Shown: in pieces, positions 9,230-20,200 of the stretch
Numbering within the stretch: position 1 is the stretch's first letter
How the letters are laid out: each line of letters starts with the position of its first letter
Source: Vicinamibacterales bacterium
Lineage (GTDB): Bacteria > Acidobacteriota > Vicinamibacteria > Vicinamibacterales > UBA8438
Length of the DNA: 64,000 bases
Direction of reading: 5' to 3'
Assembly: GCA_963662965.1 (NCBI GenBank)
Contig: OY759970.1
Location: 3,072,524-3,136,523 of the forward strand
Position numbers and translations under genes: made by a program
Notes under the pieces: generated by a model
Told to the model about the DNA's origin: nothing
Databases searched by the model: none
What the model saw: only the letters and a program-made list of their open reading frames with translations

Positions 9230-10039
9230 TCATGCAACAACGCCGCGCTGCACCACGGCGGCGCGGCCGAACACCGCAGTCACCGCCGCCCCCAGCGCCT
9301 TCGACCCATCGAGCATCACCAGCACACTCCGATCGGTGTGCAGCCCACGGCTCTGGAGGTTGGCCAGCAGGCTCTGACAGACGGTCGCGTTCTCCGTCGA
9401 GCCTTCCCAGAGCCCGAGGGCGTGCTTCGTGCCGTCGGCGCCGACCCCCAAGGCGACGACCAGAGAGTGCTCGCCGATGTGGACACCGTCGAGGACGAGG
9501 CCGACCAGATCCAGGTTATCGAGGGGCGTCGCCTGCCACGCGGCCAGTTGCGCGGCGGTCTTGGCGACAAACCGGCGGCTGACGGCGCTCTTACTCACGC
9601 TACGGCTGGGGACGTCGGCCGGGAGCGGCTCCAGACTCCGAGCATAGCCCCGGGTGCTGACACCGACCAACAGCTGCTCGACAGTGCGGCGCCGCAGGGG
9701 ATCGGTCTGGGCCATCGTCTGGAAAGTCGGCAGCGGTACTTCCTGGCGGGCCGCGCGGACCCGGGGACGCCGGATTGCCACCTTGCGCCCGCCGAGGACG
9801 ACCTCACTGGCCACCGTCCCGGCCCGGGCCGCCGTACGGTCGGCCTGGTGCGCGTACCGCGGGCCACAGATCGCGGTCCGATCGTCCTCGAGCATGGCGT
9901 CCAAGACCTGTAACCCTGACCGCACCGCGAGTTCGAACAGCTCCGCCTCGGTATCGATCAGCAGCTCGACGAGGGGCAGCCGACGCGGGGGCGGAGATTC
10001 AACACCAGCGGCGGGACGGACTGTGCGAGACTTCTTCAT
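9230..10039 (-). pseudogene. IS256-family (mutator-type) transposase, 3'-truncated at the IS5 fragment
   Basis: ORF 9230..10096, with ATG at 10039 and AAGGAG 5 nt upstream. ...LVLDGVHIGEHSLVVALGVGADGTKHALGLWEGSTENATV...VLVMLDGSKAL... matches IS256 transposases. It stops at ...AAVVQR, before the conserved QRC.vHK block. Confidence 0.8.
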
Positions 10040-10323
10040 GGCGGCTCCTTTGCTGTGAGGCGTGTCGCCTCGGGTTGCCCACCACTCGTGTATCACGAGC
10101 AGTGAGGAGCCGCCGCGTCAATTTTTAACAGTCAGTGGGACATCCCCCGTTCCGTAGAACCGGTATCGATGCACTCCACGCCACCGTTGTGGTTTGTCCG
10201 ATCCGGAATGAGGAGATGAGCACGCCACCGAGAATGCTAAATTATTGTATATAAATTAATTGCAGGCATAGAGTAACGGAAGCCGTGTCACCGATCTCCA
10301 TTTGAGACGCTCAAAGTCGCGGC

Positions 10324-10749
10324 ATGATCAAACGCCCACGATTTCAACTCTGGTGCTGGGAGTCGATCCACCGTCGCCATGGTGCGCTCTACCTCGACCG
10401 CTTGCGGGTCGTGTCGTGCCCGTGGTTCGGTCTCTATCTTCACTGGTTTCGGACCAGCGACGACGACTGTTTGCACGATCATCCCTGGCCCTTCTTGACG
10501 ATCATCCTGCGCGGCGGCTACTGGGAAGGCACGCCGGGGCCAGGCCGCGGCCGAGCCACCGTCTCTCGTTGGCATGGGCCTGGCTCCGTGCGCGTTCGGC
10601 CGGCTCGCTGGCTCCACCGTATCGCAATCGACCCGGCCCACAAACCCGTGACGCTCGTGCTCCGAGGGCGTGTCGGTCGGGTCTGGGGATTCGAGACCAG
10701 GGACGGGTGGATCCCCTGGCGCGCCTACGCGCAGCGGCCTCCACCCTGA
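10324..10749 (+). CDS. hypothetical protein with HDHPW motif (phage-associated type)
   Basis: ORF track 141 aa. ...LHDHPWPFLTIILRGGYWE... recalls small prophage-borne proteins. An AT-rich patch at 10230-10270 precedes it. Confidence 0.45.
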   Translation: MIKRPRFQLWCWESIHRRHGALYLDRLRVVSCPWFGLYLHWFRTSDDDCLHDHPWPFLTIILRGGYWEGTPGPGRGRATVSRWHGPGSVRVRPARWLHRIAIDPAHKPVTLVLRGRVGRVWGFETRDGWIPWRAYAQRPPP

Positions 10750-11038
10750 CCCGGCGGGCAAGATCGCGCCCTCGGCCGTCGCGGGGTGTCGCACCTGATC
10801 GAGCCTGGCAAGTCGAACGAGTGCGCCTACGCGGGTGATTCTGCACGCCCACGGCGGCTGGGTGAGCGAGGACGCTGCTGATTACGATCCCTCAGCGCGT
10901 CCAGGCTCAGTGGATAAAGATATCGAGAGCTCCCGATTCTGGAAGCCGCCCAGGGCCAACCCATGGACCGCGACGGCGTGCAGGCACAGACCGTGATGAA
11001 GCTCTACCCATCAGTATCCCGATGGCCCGGTCACGGCC

Positions 11039-11833
11039 ATGCGGCGCCGGGCGGCCGAGTTGGGCTGGCCCGTCTACGAGTGGTGCTATCGGGAAACGCT
11101 CGCACCCCACGGGTGGCTGACCGAGGACCAGGTCGTGCGGAAGCAGGCTGAGCTGTCTCGCACGATGTGGGCCGTCGAGTACGAACTCCAGGAACCCAGT
11201 GCCGAAGGACGCGCCATCGACCCGCCCGCCGTGGAGCGGATGTTCGACGCCACGCTCGGGACACACATCCCCGCGGGCGATCTCGAACACACCTGGCGCG
11301 GCCAGCCGGGTCCCCCCGCCGAGCGGGCCTGTCCTGATCCGGCCGGGGCGTGGTACTGCATCGGCGTCGACTGGGCCCAGAAGCGCCACTACACCGTCGC
11401 CATCGTCGTGCGCTGCGATACCACGCCGCTCCAGGTCGTCGCCGTCTACCGCATCCAACGGCGACCGTGGCCGGAAATGACCGAGCGAGTCGGCGCGCTG
11501 CTGGATGAGTTTCCGGGACCCGCGGTGCACGATGCCACCGGTGCCGGGTCGGCCATCGGGGAATTCCCGGCGCTCGAAGCGCACCGTCAGCTCCAGGGCG
11601 TCACCATGGTCGGCCGTGACCGGGTCGACCTCTTCCGCAACTACATCGCGGCGATCGAGCGGCACGAGATCGTCTGTCCTCGGATCGACGTGTTCTATAC
11701 CGAGCACCTGTACTGCGGGGAAGACGATCTGTTCGGGAGCGGGCATCCCCCCGATACGGTCGTCGCCATGGCGTTGGCCTATCACGCCTTCAAGACGGGC
11801 CGGCGGCCCGGCGACTACGGCGTCACGATCTGA
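11039..11833 (+). pseudogene. phage terminase large subunit, C-terminal nuclease domain only
   Basis: ORF track 264 aa. ...YCIGVDWAQKRHYTVAIVV...AVHDATGAGSAIGEF...GHPPDTVVAMALA... is the RNase H-like terminase nuclease pattern. An in-frame TGA lies at 10997-10999, and no ATPase domain lies upstream. Confidence 0.55.
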
Positions 11834-11963
11834 CGGTGGGGCGGGAGCACCGGCCGAACTCGCGCGCCGTACATGTGCACTCAGCCGCCGCTCGTGGCTC
11901 CCCACACATCGCCGTCCCGTCGCCTCCGCACATTCCCCTTGCCTGTCGCGCCCACCAGAGCGA

Positions 11964-13043
11964 ATGTGGACGAACGCCGTCTGCCCGCGGCTGCCACCAA
12001 GGAGGGACCCAGCCCATGACCCCGCACGAAACCGGCTCGACCGCCACCCCCCTGACGCACGCGCGGCGGCGCCGCTCACGCGCACGTTCGGCCCCCAGGG
12101 ACCGACCCTGGGAGATCTCAGCGACGCCTACCTCCAGGACTATCAGGTCCGGCAGTTCCGATCCCAGAGCACCGCTCGCGGCCGGACCGCCCATCTCGCC
12201 GCCTTCTTCGGTCGCGCCGCGCGGGCCGCCACGTTGACCACCTACCAGATCCGCCAGTACCAACTGACCCGGCGCGCCGCCGGGGCCGCCACCGGCACGA
12301 TCAACCGGGAGACCTCGGCGCTCCACCGCATGTGCACGCTCGCCGTCCACTGGGGCTGGCTCGACACCGTGCCCGGCTTCCCCGACCGCCTCCGCGAGAA
12401 TCCCCCCCGCCAGGGCTTCTTCGAGCACCCCGAATACCTCGCCGTCCGCGTCCGCCTGCCCGCTCCGTGGCAGGACATCCTCGATCTGGCTTACTACTCC
12501 GGCTGGCGCAAGCAGGAGATCCTCGGCCTCACCTGGGAGGAGATTGACATGGCCGGTGGCGTCATCCGGCTCTCGCCGGCGCGCTCGAAGACGCTGGTGG
12601 GGCGGATTCTTCCCATCTCGCAGCCCATCGCCGAGGCCCTGGCGCGACGGCGAGCCCGCCGTGACCCCGACAGCCTGCTCGTCTTCCACCGCGACGGCAT
12701 CCCCGTCCGCCGCTGGCGCACGGCGTGGCGCACCGCCTGCCAGTCGGCCGGGGTGCCGACCCGCTTCCTCCACGATTGCCGGCGCACCGCCGCGCGCAAC
12801 CTGATCCGCGCGAATGTCCCCGAGCGGGTCGCCATGCTCCTGACCGGGCACAAGAGCCGCGCCATCTTCGACCGCTACAACATTATTCACGAGCAGGAAC
12901 TACTCGACGCCGGGGACCAACTCGTCGAGTATCTCGCGCAACAGGCGCAGGCGGTACCAGCCCGCCAGCGGCCCCACCCGACCGGACCCGCCGCCCCGCG
13001 CACCGCATCACCCCTCCGCCTCGTACGACGCGGCACCGCGTAA
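11964..13043 (+). CDS. tyrosine recombinase / phage integrase (start uncertain, possibly frameshifted near the 5' end)
   Basis: This is the C-terminal ~360 aa of ORF 11505..13043. Motifs: ...LAYYSGWRKQEILGLTWEEID..., ...FLHDCRRTAARNL..., ...LLTGHKSRAIFDRYN (R..HxxR..Y signature). The only in-frame ATG is at 11964 and has no SD. A strong AAGGAGG-N10-ATG at 12016 is in another frame. Confidence 0.8.
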   Translation: MWTNAVCPRLPPRRDPAHDPARNRLDRHPPDARAAAPLTRTFGPQGPTLGDLSDAYLQDYQVRQFRSQSTARGRTAHLAAFFGRAARAATLTTYQIRQYQLTRRAAGAATGTINRETSALHRMCTLAVHWGWLDTVPGFPDRLRENPPRQGFFEHPEYLAVRVRLPAPWQDILDLAYYSGWRKQEILGLTWEEIDMAGGVIRLSPARSKTLVGRILPISQPIAEALARRRARRDPDSLLVFHRDGIPVRRWRTAWRTACQSAGVPTRFLHDCRRTAARNLIRANVPERVAMLLTGHKSRAIFDRYNIIHEQELLDAGDQLVEYLAQQAQAVPARQRPHPTGPAAPRTASPLRLVRRGTA

Positions 13044-13303
13044 GGGCAGCGGGGGGCGGCGGGGGCCGGACACCGCCCGCCTGTTCGCCGCGGCTCGCGC
13101 ACAGGCCAAACAGGTACGAACCGGCCAGCGATCGTGGCACACGCGGTGACGGGGCGGGCCGACGCGGCCGAACACAGGCACGTGCCAGGCACCGCCAGCG
13201 GCATCGCGCTCAACAGCGGGGCGACACGCGATCACAGGCTCTCTCGACACCCGTGGCTGGCGCCTCTATGATGGCGCCGTTGCCGACCACCGCGCATGTG
13301 CAC

Positions 13304-13819
13304 ATGACCGCGAAGAAAACCCTCTATTTGGCGAACCCCTATGGCTTCTCCGCGCAACAGCGTGGCGGACCGCTCCACGAGCTTGTGAGGGCGCTGGAGT
13401 CGATGGGGGCCGACGTGTGGGAGCCGTTCGCCCGCAACAACCAGATCGACCGGGCGAGTGCGGGCTGGGCGTATCGGATCGGGCAGGCCGATCTCCGGGA
13501 CGTTCGCGAGGCCGATGGACTGTTCGCGGTGGTCAACGGCTGTCCGCCGGATGAGGGCGTCATGGTGGAGCTGGGCCTAGGGATCGCGTGGGAGAAGCCG
13601 GTGTTCCTGTTCCGAGACGATTTTCGCCGGTGCACCGACAGCGAAATGTACCCGCTCAACTTGATGTTGTTCACTGGCCTGCCGGCCGCTGGCTGGGAGG
13701 CCGCGTGGTACGGATCGATCGAGGAGATCGCTGATCCCGCCAAGGCGCTCGCACGTTGGTTGCGGCATGACAGGCCGCCCGGCGCGGCGTCGGTCGAGGC
13801 GGACCCGATAGAAGTATGA
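13304..13819 (+). CDS. nucleoside 2-deoxyribosyltransferase-like protein
   Basis: This is the last 172 codons of ORF 12725..13819, from ATG 13304. MTAKKTLYLANPYGFS..., ...ADGLFAVVNGCPPDEGVMVELGLGIAWEKPVFLF... and ...NLML match the NDT/Rcl-type fold signature (YLAxP, DxGTxxExG). Confidence 0.7.
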   Translation: MTAKKTLYLANPYGFSAQQRGGPLHELVRALESMGADVWEPFARNNQIDRASAGWAYRIGQADLRDVREADGLFAVVNGCPPDEGVMVELGLGIAWEKPVFLFRDDFRRCTDSEMYPLNLMLFTGLPAAGWEAAWYGSIEEIADPAKALARWLRHDRPPGAASVEADPIEV

Positions 13820-13979
13820 GCGTGCTCAGCGCCGGGCTGCAGTCGGTCGGGCTATGCGTCTCGCGGCGTTTACCAAGGCGCGCCCCGCCGACGCGGCGCA
13901 AGAGAAGCTGGCCTCTCACGACTGGGTTGCCCGGTTACCATCGCCAGCCGCCTCGCGATCATCCGAGTTGCACACGGCC

Positions 13980-16900
13980 ATGGCCCTGGAACTGACGTAC
14001 GCGTCTGACACGGCCCTGCTCCTCGACGACTTGGTCGACTCGCTGGGTCGGCCGGGGAGTGCTGCCGGCGTGGTGGTACCCGTGCTGATGCCGTCGCTGC
14101 CCCTAGTGGATCGCACGAAAGCCGCGCTGGCCCGGCGTCACGGGGTGGCCATGGGGGTGGCGTTTCTTCTGCCTAGCTCGTTCATCGAACACATGGCCCA
14201 GTTGGTCGGGTTAGACCCGCTCCATCCCTCCTGGCGCCCGCAGGGCTTGGCGTGGCGATTGGTACCGTTGCTGGCGGCCATGGTCGAGGAAGGCGATACT
14301 CCTCGCCTGGGGCCAGCGTGCGTGGACACCCGGGCACGGCACGCGCTAGCCCGCGACGTGGCCGATCGCTTCGACCAGTATCTGTATTTTCGACCGGAGA
14401 TGATTGCCGCCTGGGACCGGGGCGAAGCCTGGGACGCTCTGCCCGAGTCTGCTCAGGGCGATGAGGCCTGGCAGCGGGACCTGTGGCGGCGTCTCTCCGC
14501 CGGGTTGGCCGACCACCCCCATCCGGCTGTGCGCCTGCGCGATCTCGAGACGCGCATCCACGCGGGCCAGGGTGACGTGCCGACGTCACTGGAGGTCCTG
14601 GCCAGCGGGCCTCTGCCCCCGACTCTACTACCGCTGTTACGCGCGCTGGCGACCAGAACCAGGGTCTGCCTGCGCGCCCTGCTCCCGTCGACTGAATACC
14701 TCGGCGACCTTCGCGCCGGTCGCACGCAGATGCGGGCCGGGCAGGCTGTGGACCTTGCCTGGGAAGGGCACCCCCTGCTGTCCCATCTGGGCAAGCAAGC
14801 CGTCGACAGCTTTCGCAGTTTCGAGGAGGCACTGGTCACCGAAGGCCAGGAGTACGACGTCATCGCGCTCCCCGAGCCCCGGTCGGACAGACTCCTCGCC
14901 CGTCTGCAGGCAGACATTCGCGCGGCGCGGCAGCCGGGTGCCGCCACGACCGCCCCGCCGGTCACGGCGGATCGTTCGGTGCGTGTGCATCGCTGCCACG
15001 GGGCCCGACGCGAGGTGGAAGTGCTGCGAGATGAATTATTGGACGCGTTCGAGAGCCTCCCAGATTTGCGGGCGAGCGAGGTCTTGATTCTCGCCCCCCA
15101 GCTGGACCTCTACGGACCGCTCGCCGAGGCGATCTTACGGGACGGTGACCCCTCGTTGCCGCTGCGGCTCGCGGAGCGGCGGATCGATCGCAGCGAGCCC
15201 TTGGTGCGCGGGATGCACACGCTGCTGCGCGTGGCCGCCGGCCGCGTGCCCCTGAGCGAGGGATTGGCGTTGCTGGCACTCCCTGCCGTCGCCGCCCGCG
15301 TCGAATCGCTGGGCATTGACCCGGCCACGCTCGCCGATCGCGTGCGTGCCTCGGGGATTACGTGGGGGCTCAACGCGGCCCATCGTCGGGCGATGGACGC
15401 CGGCGACCAGGGCACGGGGACGTGGCGCGAAGGGCTGGACCGATTACTGGCGGGCGTGTGGCTGGGTGACGCGGACACCGCGTCGGACGGGCACCAGCGC
15501 CCGGCCCTGCCCGTGTCGGGCGACCTGGGTGCCGACCCAGCTACGCTGAGTGCGTCACTGGACTGGCTGGACGGCTTGGTGTGCCTGCTGGACGATTGGC
15601 AGCGTGAAGCCAGTCCCGGCCAGTGGGCCGACCGCCTGGACCTGGTGCTGGACCAGGTATTGGCTGCCGGCGATGGTCGGTTCGACTCGACCGCGGCCGT
15701 GGATCTGGTCGGGCAACTTCGCGCCGCCGAAACGGACCATGCGTGCGAGGTCGACATGGATGCCGCCGCCGTGGCCGACTGGTTGGACCAGGTGGCTCAG
15801 GAGGAGGTGCGCGCGGTCTCCCGGGTCGGCGGGAACATGGCCATGGGCGGCTTCAAGCCGATGCGCGCTATTCCCTGCCGCGTGCTGGCGATAATGGGCT
15901 TGCACGATGCCGCCTTTCCGCGCCGGGCCAGGGCGCCCGCCTGGGATCTGCTGGCCGCGGCGCCGCGCCGCGGCGATCGGGATCCGGTGCGTGAAGACCG
16001 GCAGCTGTTTCTCGACGCGCTCTTGGCGGCCGGCGACCGCGTGATCGTAACGGCCACGGCCCGCAATATCCGCAGCAATAAGGACGAACCGCTCTCGGCC
16101 TGCGTCGATGAATTCCTGCGGGTGGCCGCGGCCACCGTCTCCGATCGTGTCGACATCCGGGAGACCACGTACCGGGACCTGATCGAAGACCACCCGCTGC
16201 AACCATTCAACGCGGCCTGCTTTACCGGCCCGCGCGCCTCGTTCGACACTGGCCACCTTGAGATTGCCCGCTCGTGCCAGCAGCAGCAGGAAGAGGCCGC
16301 ACCGTTTCAGGTCGGCGTGTTCGAGCTGCCCGAAGCGGTCCAGTCGGCCGACCTCGAGTTGCACGAGATGATCCGGATCCTCAAAGATCCCTGGTCGGCT
16401 TGGCTGGGGTCTCTAGGAGTCGAGATCCCTCAGGCCGGGGACGATCCGTTCGCCCTGGACCGGGAGCCGGTGGCCGCCCCAGCGGCCCTGGACCGGTGGC
16501 AACTGCAGACGACGGTCATTGATGCCGTACTCGAAGGACGGACCTCGTTTCTGGAAGAACGCCTGGCGGCCAACCGGTTGCTGCCGTATGGGATCCTGGG
16601 CGCCGCGATGGGCAGACGGGCGGTGCAGGAAGCCGAGTCCCTGGCCCGCCACGCTCTGCACGAGGCGGGTGGCCGGCTGCAGCCCCAGCGCTTGGTGTAC
16701 CGAGACGGGTGCCCGCCGGTGGCCGGCAACATTGCCGTCACCCCTGACCGCCGGCTGCACGTGCTGGTCAGGCCCACAGATCTGAAGGCCGCCGCCCATC
16801 ATCGTCTCGATGTGTGGGTCCGTGCGACCTTTGCCGCCGCCTGCGGCATGCGAGGCGACACCGTGGTGGTGTCGAGAGAGGGGGAGCGCACGAGGGTGGA

Positions 16901-17264
16901 CCGCCGGCCGGCCCTGGCCCCAGATCAGGCGCGCGCCGCGCTCGACCATCTGCTGCACCTGTGCGCACACGCACGGCGGTATCCGTTGCCATTCGGGCCG
17001 AAGACGAGCTTTGCGGTGTTCGCCGCTGGTCAACGTGGCGTCAACGAAACCGACAAAGCTATGAAGGCCTGGCACCAGCAACCCCAGGGCCCGCCGGGTG
17101 AAGGCGACAGTGCCTCTGCGCGGCTGACGTGGCGCGATCGGGACCCCTTCGCGGAGGAGATCTTCGACGAGTGGCGACGCGTGGCCGCAGCCGTCTTCGG
17201 CCCGGTGGAGGCCTGGTTTGCGACCACAGCGACCCCGTCGCGGCACGAGGCAGACGGTGGCTAG
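13980..17264 (+). CDS. recC: exodeoxyribonuclease V gamma subunit RecC
   Basis: ORF 13854..17264. ATG 13980 gives MALELTYASDTALLLDDLVDSL..., which is RecC-like (compare E. coli MLRVYHSNRLDVLEAL). It is ~1095 aa with no Walker A, and its stop overlaps the recB start. Confidence 0.85.
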   Translation: MALELTYASDTALLLDDLVDSLGRPGSAAGVVVPVLMPSLPLVDRTKAALARRHGVAMGVAFLLPSSFIEHMAQLVGLDPLHPSWRPQGLAWRLVPLLAAMVEEGDTPRLGPACVDTRARHALARDVADRFDQYLYFRPEMIAAWDRGEAWDALPESAQGDEAWQRDLWRRLSAGLADHPHPAVRLRDLETRIHAGQGDVPTSLEVLASGPLPPTLLPLLRALATRTRVCLRALLPSTEYLGDLRAGRTQMRAGQAVDLAWEGHPLLSHLGKQAVDSFRSFEEALVTEGQEYDVIALPEPRSDRLLARLQADIRAARQPGAATTAPPVTADRSVRVHRCHGARREVEVLRDELLDAFESLPDLRASEVLILAPQLDLYGPLAEAILRDGDPSLPLRLAERRIDRSEPLVRGMHTLLRVAAGRVPLSEGLALLALPAVAARVESLGIDPATLADRVRASGITWGLNAAHRRAMDAGDQGTGTWREGLDRLLAGVWLGDADTASDGHQRPALPVSGDLGADPATLSASLDWLDGLVCLLDDWQREASPGQWADRLDLVLDQVLAAGDGRFDSTAAVDLVGQLRAAETDHACEVDMDAAAVADWLDQVAQEEVRAVSRVGGNMAMGGFKPMRAIPCRVLAIMGLHDAAFPRRARAPAWDLLAAAPRRGDRDPVREDRQLFLDALLAAGDRVIVTATARNIRSNKDEPLSACVDEFLRVAAATVSDRVDIRETTYRDLIEDHPLQPFNAACFTGPRASFDTGHLEIARSCQQQQEEAAPFQVGVFELPEAVQSADLELHEMIRILKDPWSAWLGSLGVEIPQAGDDPFALDREPVAAPAALDRWQLQTTVIDAVLEGRTSFLEERLAANRLLPYGILGAAMGRRAVQEAESLARHALHEAGGRLQPQRLVYRDGCPPVAGNIAVTPDRRLHVLVRPTDLKAAAHHRLDVWVRATFAAACGMRGDTVVVSREGERTRVDRRPALAPDQARAALDHLLHLCAHARRYPLPFGPKTSFAVFAAGQRGVNETDKAMKAWHQQPQGPPGEGDSASARLTWRDRDPFAEEIFDEWRRVAAAVFGPVEAWFATTATPSRHEADGG

Positions 17265-20200
17265 TTTCGACCTGCGTACGACCGACGTGCCCACCGGCCT
17301 GTCAGTTATTGAAGCTAGCGCGGGCACCGGGAAAACCTGGACCATCTCGCATCTGGTCCCTCGCCTGCTGGTGGACGGGGTGGTCAGCGGCATCGGCGAC
17401 CTGTTACTGGTCACGTTTACCGAGGACGCAGCCCGCGAACTGGGCGAGCAGACCCGCCGTCAGTTGGCAACCCTGGTCGGGCATGCCGATGCAGGCACCC
17501 AGCCCGCCGAGCACCAGCAGGGCATTCTTCTGCTGCTAGACCGCCTTGAGGCTCTCCCCGACCCTGAGCGCCACACGGCCGTACTGCGGCTGCGGCTGGC
17601 ACTGGATGAAAGCGACCAGCTCGCGGTCTCGACCATTCATGCCTTCTGCAAGCAAGTGCTCGGAGCCGAGGGGTTCTTATGCGGGATGCCTGCCGGGTTC
17701 GAGGTCCTACCGGACCCCGGCGAGGCGCAGTCGGATGCCGTCAAAGATACGTGGCGCACCGATCTCGGCGCCGATTCGTTGCTAGCCGCGGTGGCCGCCT
17801 GCGGGACGTGGTCAGTCGAGGACGATCTGAAGGCTTGGCGCTCGTTGACCCGCCGGCCATCCACCCGCATGGAGCCGGAGCCACTCTCGCTGCAGGACGC
17901 ACAAGACGGGGTGGCGAAGGCGCTCGAAGCCCTGCAGGCGACCCGCGCCGACATTCACCGACTGCAGGAGATCGCCGGCCGGGACGCAGTGAGCCTCAAT
18001 AGGTCGGCGCAGAATCCTGGCGAAGATTCGATCGCGCAGCTGGACACCTGGCACGCGACGCTTGAGACCCTGGACCCACAGCAGCCCCCGGCTGATATTT
18101 TTCAGGTCTCCACGCGACTCGCGGGTGCGACATCCTGGTTTGGCCGGAGAGGCACGGTGAGCAGGGCTGCCTCGGACGAGGCAGGCGCATTGCCGATTGT
18201 GGCCGCTGCCGTGGCGGTGGAGGCCAGCCTCGGCGCGACCGGGTGGGCTTGGTTGGCGCACCTGAACCAGGCCGCTGGGCACCGATACACGCACAGTCTG
18301 CGCCGTAGTAACACCGTCACCTACGACGGCTTGATTCAGGACCTGCATCGCGCGCTATGCGCGGGGCCCAACCGCGCGGTTCTCGCCCAGCGGCTGTCGG
18401 ACAAGTGGACGGTGGGCCTGATTGACGAGAGTCAGGACACCGACCAGCAACAACTGGACATTTTCAGGGCCATCTTCGACCGCGGAACTGGAGCGGGGCG
18501 GCTCATCCTGGTGGGCGACCCGAAGCAGGCCATTTACAGTTTTCGCGGCGGAGACCTCTCTGCGTACCTCTCGGCCCGCCCGACGAATGACGCGCGCGTC
18601 AGCAGTCTGGCCACGACCTATCGGTCGGCCCCTGGCTTGGTGACAGCGCTCAATACCCTGTTCGGACGCCCCCGCGCTTTCGGCAGCCCCGACCTGACCT
18701 ATCCAGCGGCGACCGCGGCTCACCAGGACGAAGACCTGCCCTTGCCGGAGGACGGGCACGGACGGCTGGTCGCCTGGGTGGTCCCCGACGCCGACACCGA
18801 GGACTGGGCTCGTGCCCAGCCGCGTCGGTTGCGCGCGGCCGCGTGCACCGCCACGGCTATCGTGGATCTACTTGGCCGAACGATGGGAACCGACGCGACA
18901 CGGGTCAATCCATCACACGTGGCCGTGCTGACCCGCACCAACATCGAGGCCGGGCTGGTCCACGAGGCGTTGCGGGCCCGACGCGTGCCGAGCGTGGTTC
19001 GCGACGACGGGGACGTCATGCAGAGCGACACGGCCTCCGACCTCGCGGCCGTTCTAAAGGCGATCCTGTCGCCCACCCACCCCGGGTGGCGACGCGCCGC
19101 GATGGCGACCCGTCTGTTCGGCTACGACTCGGCCATGCTAGCCACGCTCACCACGGCGGACGCCGATGCATGGCTGGCCAATTTCATGACATGGAACGAC
19201 CTCTGGCATCGCCAAGGGATTGCCGCGGTGATGGCTCGTCTGGAAGCAGATTCCCGTGCCACCCTGCGACTGGCCCGCGCGCCTGCGGGCGCACGGCACC
19301 TGACCGACTTGCGGCATCTGGTCGAACTGTTGCAAGCCCGTGAAGCCGAGGGCCAGCATGCGCCCGTCAAGCTCCTGCAGTGGTTCGAGGGCGAGCGGAT
19401 GTCGGACGGCAGCGCAGCGGATGAACGCCTGCATCGGTTGGAAGAAGACGGCGACGCCGTCCAGATCGTCACGGTACACCGGGCCAAGGGGCTGGAATTC
19501 GACTTTGTGTTTTGCCCCTACTTGTGGTCAGTGCGGCCGGATGCCCGTGTCACCGACCGTCTGCTCGTCCGCCGCAACCACGGCTGGGTGCTGGCCGACG
19601 GCACACAACGGGACAATCGCGCGGAACACCGCGCCTATACGGCCGAGCGTCTCCGGGAAGACGTCCGGCTGGCCTACGTGGCGCTGACCCGCGCCCGTCG
19701 CCGCGTGACGCTGCTCGCCGGGCCCCTGGGCTACACGAGGAAATCGCCTCTGCCCCCAACGTCGCTTGATTGGCTGCTCCGCACCGACGACCAAGTCGAC
19801 AGCCTGGAAGACTGGTACCGGGACGTGACCGATCGGAAGAAGGATGTCGCCACCTGCGAACATGGCGACACCCTGCGCCGGTTCCACGCGGCGTGCCCAC
19901 GCGTGATGACCGTGTCTGCCCCGCCCTCGCCCACCGAGACGGTCTGGACCGACCGTGGACATGACGAGACGTCCCTGCACGCGCGTCCCGCCCCCGTGCT
20001 CGATCTCCATGCCTGGCACTTGACCAGCTTCTCGCAACTGGCCCATGGGCGGCATGACGAGCGGGAACGCCGCGACGTCGTGGTGGAACCCGAGGACGCC
20101 GGCGCCATCGGCGCAGTCGCCGACGCCAAGGACGCCGCCGTGCCCTTGGCCACCTTCGCTCGCGGAACCCACGCCGGCAATTGCTTGCACGAGCTGCTGG

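Noticed and set aside
11505-11963. N-terminal 153 codons of the 512-aa integrase ORF.
   Set aside because: This part overlaps the terminase fragment in a different frame and is Ser/Arg/Thr-rich with no integrase similarity.
12725-13303. N-terminal 190 codons of ORF 12725..13819.
   Set aside because: It overlaps the integrase 3' end out of frame and is R/P/A-rich. NDT-like similarity starts only at ATG 13304.
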